NCBI GenBank assembly: GCA_964016885.1
Contig: OZ024753.1
Coordinates: 26,536,001 to 26,600,000 of the forward strand
From: Eledone cirrhosa
Taxonomy: Eukaryota
Direction: 5' to 3'
Length of the DNA: 64,000 bases
The notes beneath the pieces were generated by a model. It made no database searches. It was not told the DNA's origin and saw nothing but the letters and a program-made list of their open reading frames with translations. A program made the translations under genes and the position numbers. Below are positions 61,601-64,000 of this stretch, one piece after another. Each line of letters begins with the position of its first letter. Positions within the stretch are counted from its first letter, which is position 1.

Positions 61601-63700
61601 GGGTAAGAGTTAGGGTTAGGGTTAGGGTTACGGTTAGGTTTAGGGTGAGGGTTTGGGTTTGGGTTCGGATTTGGTTTAATGTTAGGGCTAGCGCTAAGGT
61701 TAGGGTTAGGGTTTGGGTTAGGGTTTCGGTTAGGGTTACGGTTAGTGTTTGCGTTAGTGTTAGGGTTAGCGTTATGTTTAGTGTTAGGGTTAGGGTTAGG
61801 GTTAGGGTTGGGGTTAGTGTTAGCGTTGGGGTTAGGGTTAGTGTTAGGGTTAGGATTAGGGTTAGGGTTAGGAATACAGTTGCGGTTGTGGTTGGGGCTA
61901 GCGTTGGTAGAAGAGGGTTGGGTTAGGGTTAGGGTTAGGGTTAGGGTTAGGGTTAGGGTTAGAGTTATCGTTTGGGTTAGGGTTAGGGTTAGGGTTAGGG
62001 TTTTGGGTTAGGTTTAGGGTTAGTGTTAATGTTAGGGTTAGTGTTAGGGTTTGGATTAGGGTTAGGGTTAGGGTTAAGGTTTGGGTTTGCGTTAGGGTTA
62101 GGGCTTGGGTTTGGGTCTGGTTTCGGGTTAGGGTTAAGGTTTGGGTTAGGCTATGCGTTAGGGTTAGTGTCAGGGTTAGTGTTAGGATTAGGGTCACGGT
62201 TAGGTTTAGAGTTAGGGTTTGGGTTTTGGTTAGCGTTAGGGTTAGGGTTAAGGTTTGGGTTATCGTTTGGGTTAGGGTTAGGTTTAGAGTTAGGTTTAGG
62301 GTTAGGGTTATGGTTTTGGGTTATGGTTAGGGTTAGTGTTAAGGTTAGTGTTAGGGTTTGGATTAGGGTTAGGGTTAGGGTTAGGGTTTGGGTTAGTGTT
62401 AGGGTTATGTTTAGGGTTAGGGTTTCGTTTTGTGTTAGGGTTAGGGTTAAAGCTTGGGTTTTGGTTTGGTTTCAGGTTAGAGGTTAAGGTTTGGGTTAGG
62501 GTTTGCGTTATGGTTACTATTAGCGTTTCGGTTAGGGTTAGGTAAGGGTTACGCTTACGGTTAGGGTTACGGTTAGGTTTAGGGTTAGGGTTTGTGTTAC
62601 GGTTAGGGTTCGAGTTAGAGTGAGGGTTTGGGTTTGGGTTCGGGTTTGGTTTAATATTAGGGCTAGCGCTAAGGTTAGGCTTAGGGTTTCGGTTAGGGTT
62701 TGGGTTAGGGTTACTGTTAGTGTTTGGGTTCGTGTTAGGGTTAGCGTTAGGGATAGGGTTAGTGTTTGGGTTGGGGTTGGGGTGGGGTTGGGGTGCATAT
62801 TAAGGTTGGGGTTAAGATTGAGGTTAGTGTTAGGGTTAGGGTTAGGGTTAGGGATAGGGTTAGAGTTAGGGTTGGGGTTACGGTTAGCGTTGGGGTTAGG
62901 GTTAGTTTTAGGGTTAGGGTTAGGATTAGGGTTAGGATTACGGTTGCGGTTGTGGTTGGGGCTAACGTTGGGTATAGGGTTAGAGTTAGGATTGGGGTTA
63001 TGGTCAGCGTTGGTTTAGAGTTAGGGTTAGAGTTATCGTTTGGGTTAGGTTTAGCGTTAGGGTCAGTGTTAGGGTTTAGGTTTGCGTTAGGGTTAGGTCT
63101 TGGGTCTGGGTTTGGTTTCGTGTTAGGGTTAGGGTTAGGGTCAGTGTTAAGGTTTGGGTTAGGGTGTGCATTAGAGTTAGTGTTAGGATTAATTTTAGGA
63201 TTAGGGTTACGGTTAGGTTTAGAGTTAGGGTTTGGGTTTGGGTTAGCATTAGGGTTAGGGTTAGGGTTTGGGTTTGGGTTCGAGTTAGGGTGAGGGTTTG
63301 GGTTTGGTTTAGGGTTAGGGTTAGGGTTAGGGTTAGGGTTAGGATTTGGGTTAGGGTTATTGTTAGTGTTACTGCTAGGTTTAGGGTTTTTGTTAGGGTT
63401 ACGGTTAGTGTTTGGGTTAGTGTTAGGGATAGTGTTAGTGTTAGGGTTAGAGTTAGGGTTACGTTTCCGGTTGGGATTAGCGTTGGGGATAGGGTTAGGG
63501 TTAGGGTTGGCTTAGGGTTAGGTTTAGGCTTAGGGTTTGGGTTAGGGTTAGTGTTAGGTTTAGGTTTAGTGTTAGGGTTAGGGTTTGGGTTAGGTTTAGG
63601 GTTACGGTTAGGGTTACGGTCTGGCTTTGTGTTAGGTTTAGGGTTAGGGTTAGGGTTACTGTTAAGGGTAGGGTTTGGGTTATGTTTAGGGTTAGGGTTA
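49700..63700 (+). repeat. ~7-kb tandem higher-order duplication of the telomeric-variant pattern (~49700-56940 / ~56960-63700)
   Basis: Marker acgtttccggttgggattagc at 51151, 52756, 53385, 54247, 56704 and again at 58538, 60157, 61074, 63461. ORF pairs 50629/57956, 50960/58365, 51778/59231, 54001/60870, 55525/62336, 55991/62766 (offsets ~7.3-7.45 kb early, ~6.8 kb late). Confidence 0.87.
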
Positions 63701-64000
63701 GGGTTATGAATACAGTTGCGGTTGTGGTTGGGGTTGGGGTTATGGTTAGGGTTAGGGTTAGAGTTATCGTTTGGGTTAGGGTTAGGGTTAGGGTTATGGT
63801 TTTGGGTTAGGTTTATGGTTAGGGTTAATGTTAGGGTTAGGGTTAGGGTTTGGATTAGGGTTTGGGTTTGCGTTAGGGTTAGGGCTTGGGTTTGGGTTTG
63901 GTTTCGGGTTAGGGTTAGGGTTAAGGTTTGGGTTAGGGTGTGCGTTAGGGTTAGTGTCAGGGTTAATGTTAGGATTAGGGTTACGGTTAGGTTTAGAATT

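Larger units (their letters stand above)
43132..64000 (+). repeat. Degenerate (TTAGGG)n telomeric-like array (proximal variant zone of a telomere or heterochromatic interstitial telomeric sequence), truncated by right window edge
   Basis: Hexamer periodicity with TTAGGG dominant, interspersed with TTTGGG, TTAGGT, TTAGTG, TTAGCG, TTACGG, TTGGGG, TTAGAG, TTAGGA, ATAGGG, TTAAGG and TTATGG. Translations give LG/VR on + and TL/PN on -, as expected. TTAGGG is the telomere repeat of vertebrates and many other eukaryotes. Confidence 0.97.

Noticed and set aside
50127-62798. Minus-strand PNPNPN/TLTLTL ORFs resembling circumsporozoite NANP or mucin-like repeats
   Set aside because: These are the automatic translation of (CCCTAA)n, with no signal peptide or non-repetitive domain.
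43108-63709. Plus-strand Gly-Leu and Val-Arg ORFs annotated as membrane or glycine-rich protein genes
   Set aside because: These frames of (TTAGGG)n are intrinsically open. Kept only as a speculative translation note, not as CDS.
43132-64000. Head-to-head telomere fusion site or a functional terminal telomere tract
   Set aside because: No switch to CCCTAA on the + strand and no long pure TTAGGG tract within the window. Either could lie beyond base 64000.
1-64000. Telomere-targeting retrotransposon, other mobile element, or RNA gene
   Set aside because: No non-repetitive stretch, RT/endonuclease ORF, poly(A) tail or tRNA/rRNA-like sequence seen anywhere.

Overview
This window is eukaryotic repetitive DNA with no credible gene. 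It has two co-oriented tandem arrays joined at one sharp junction. (1) 1-43130 is a head-to-tail 23-bp satellite, consensus GTGCCRTTACCTATGTTRGGAGR. It holds roughly 1,870 monomers (43,130/23), runs off the left edge, and shows nested kb-scale duplications and position-dependent variant domains. (2) 43132-64000 is a >20.8-kb array of highly degenerate TTAGGG hexamers, G-rich strand on +, running off the right edge. It has no long pure tract (longest I found by eye is 8 units) and its variant pattern is copied in blocks of about 0.4, 0.6, 1.7, 2.9 and 7 kb. The junction has no spacer: the satellite's terminal AGGGT is in register with the telomeric AGGGTTAGGG, which resembles telomerase-type seeding or microhomology joining. 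All ORFs in the track are translation by-products of the repeats. The organism and the satellite family cannot be named from the sequence alone. All coordinates and offsets were read by eye or taken from the ORF track, so block boundaries are approximate.
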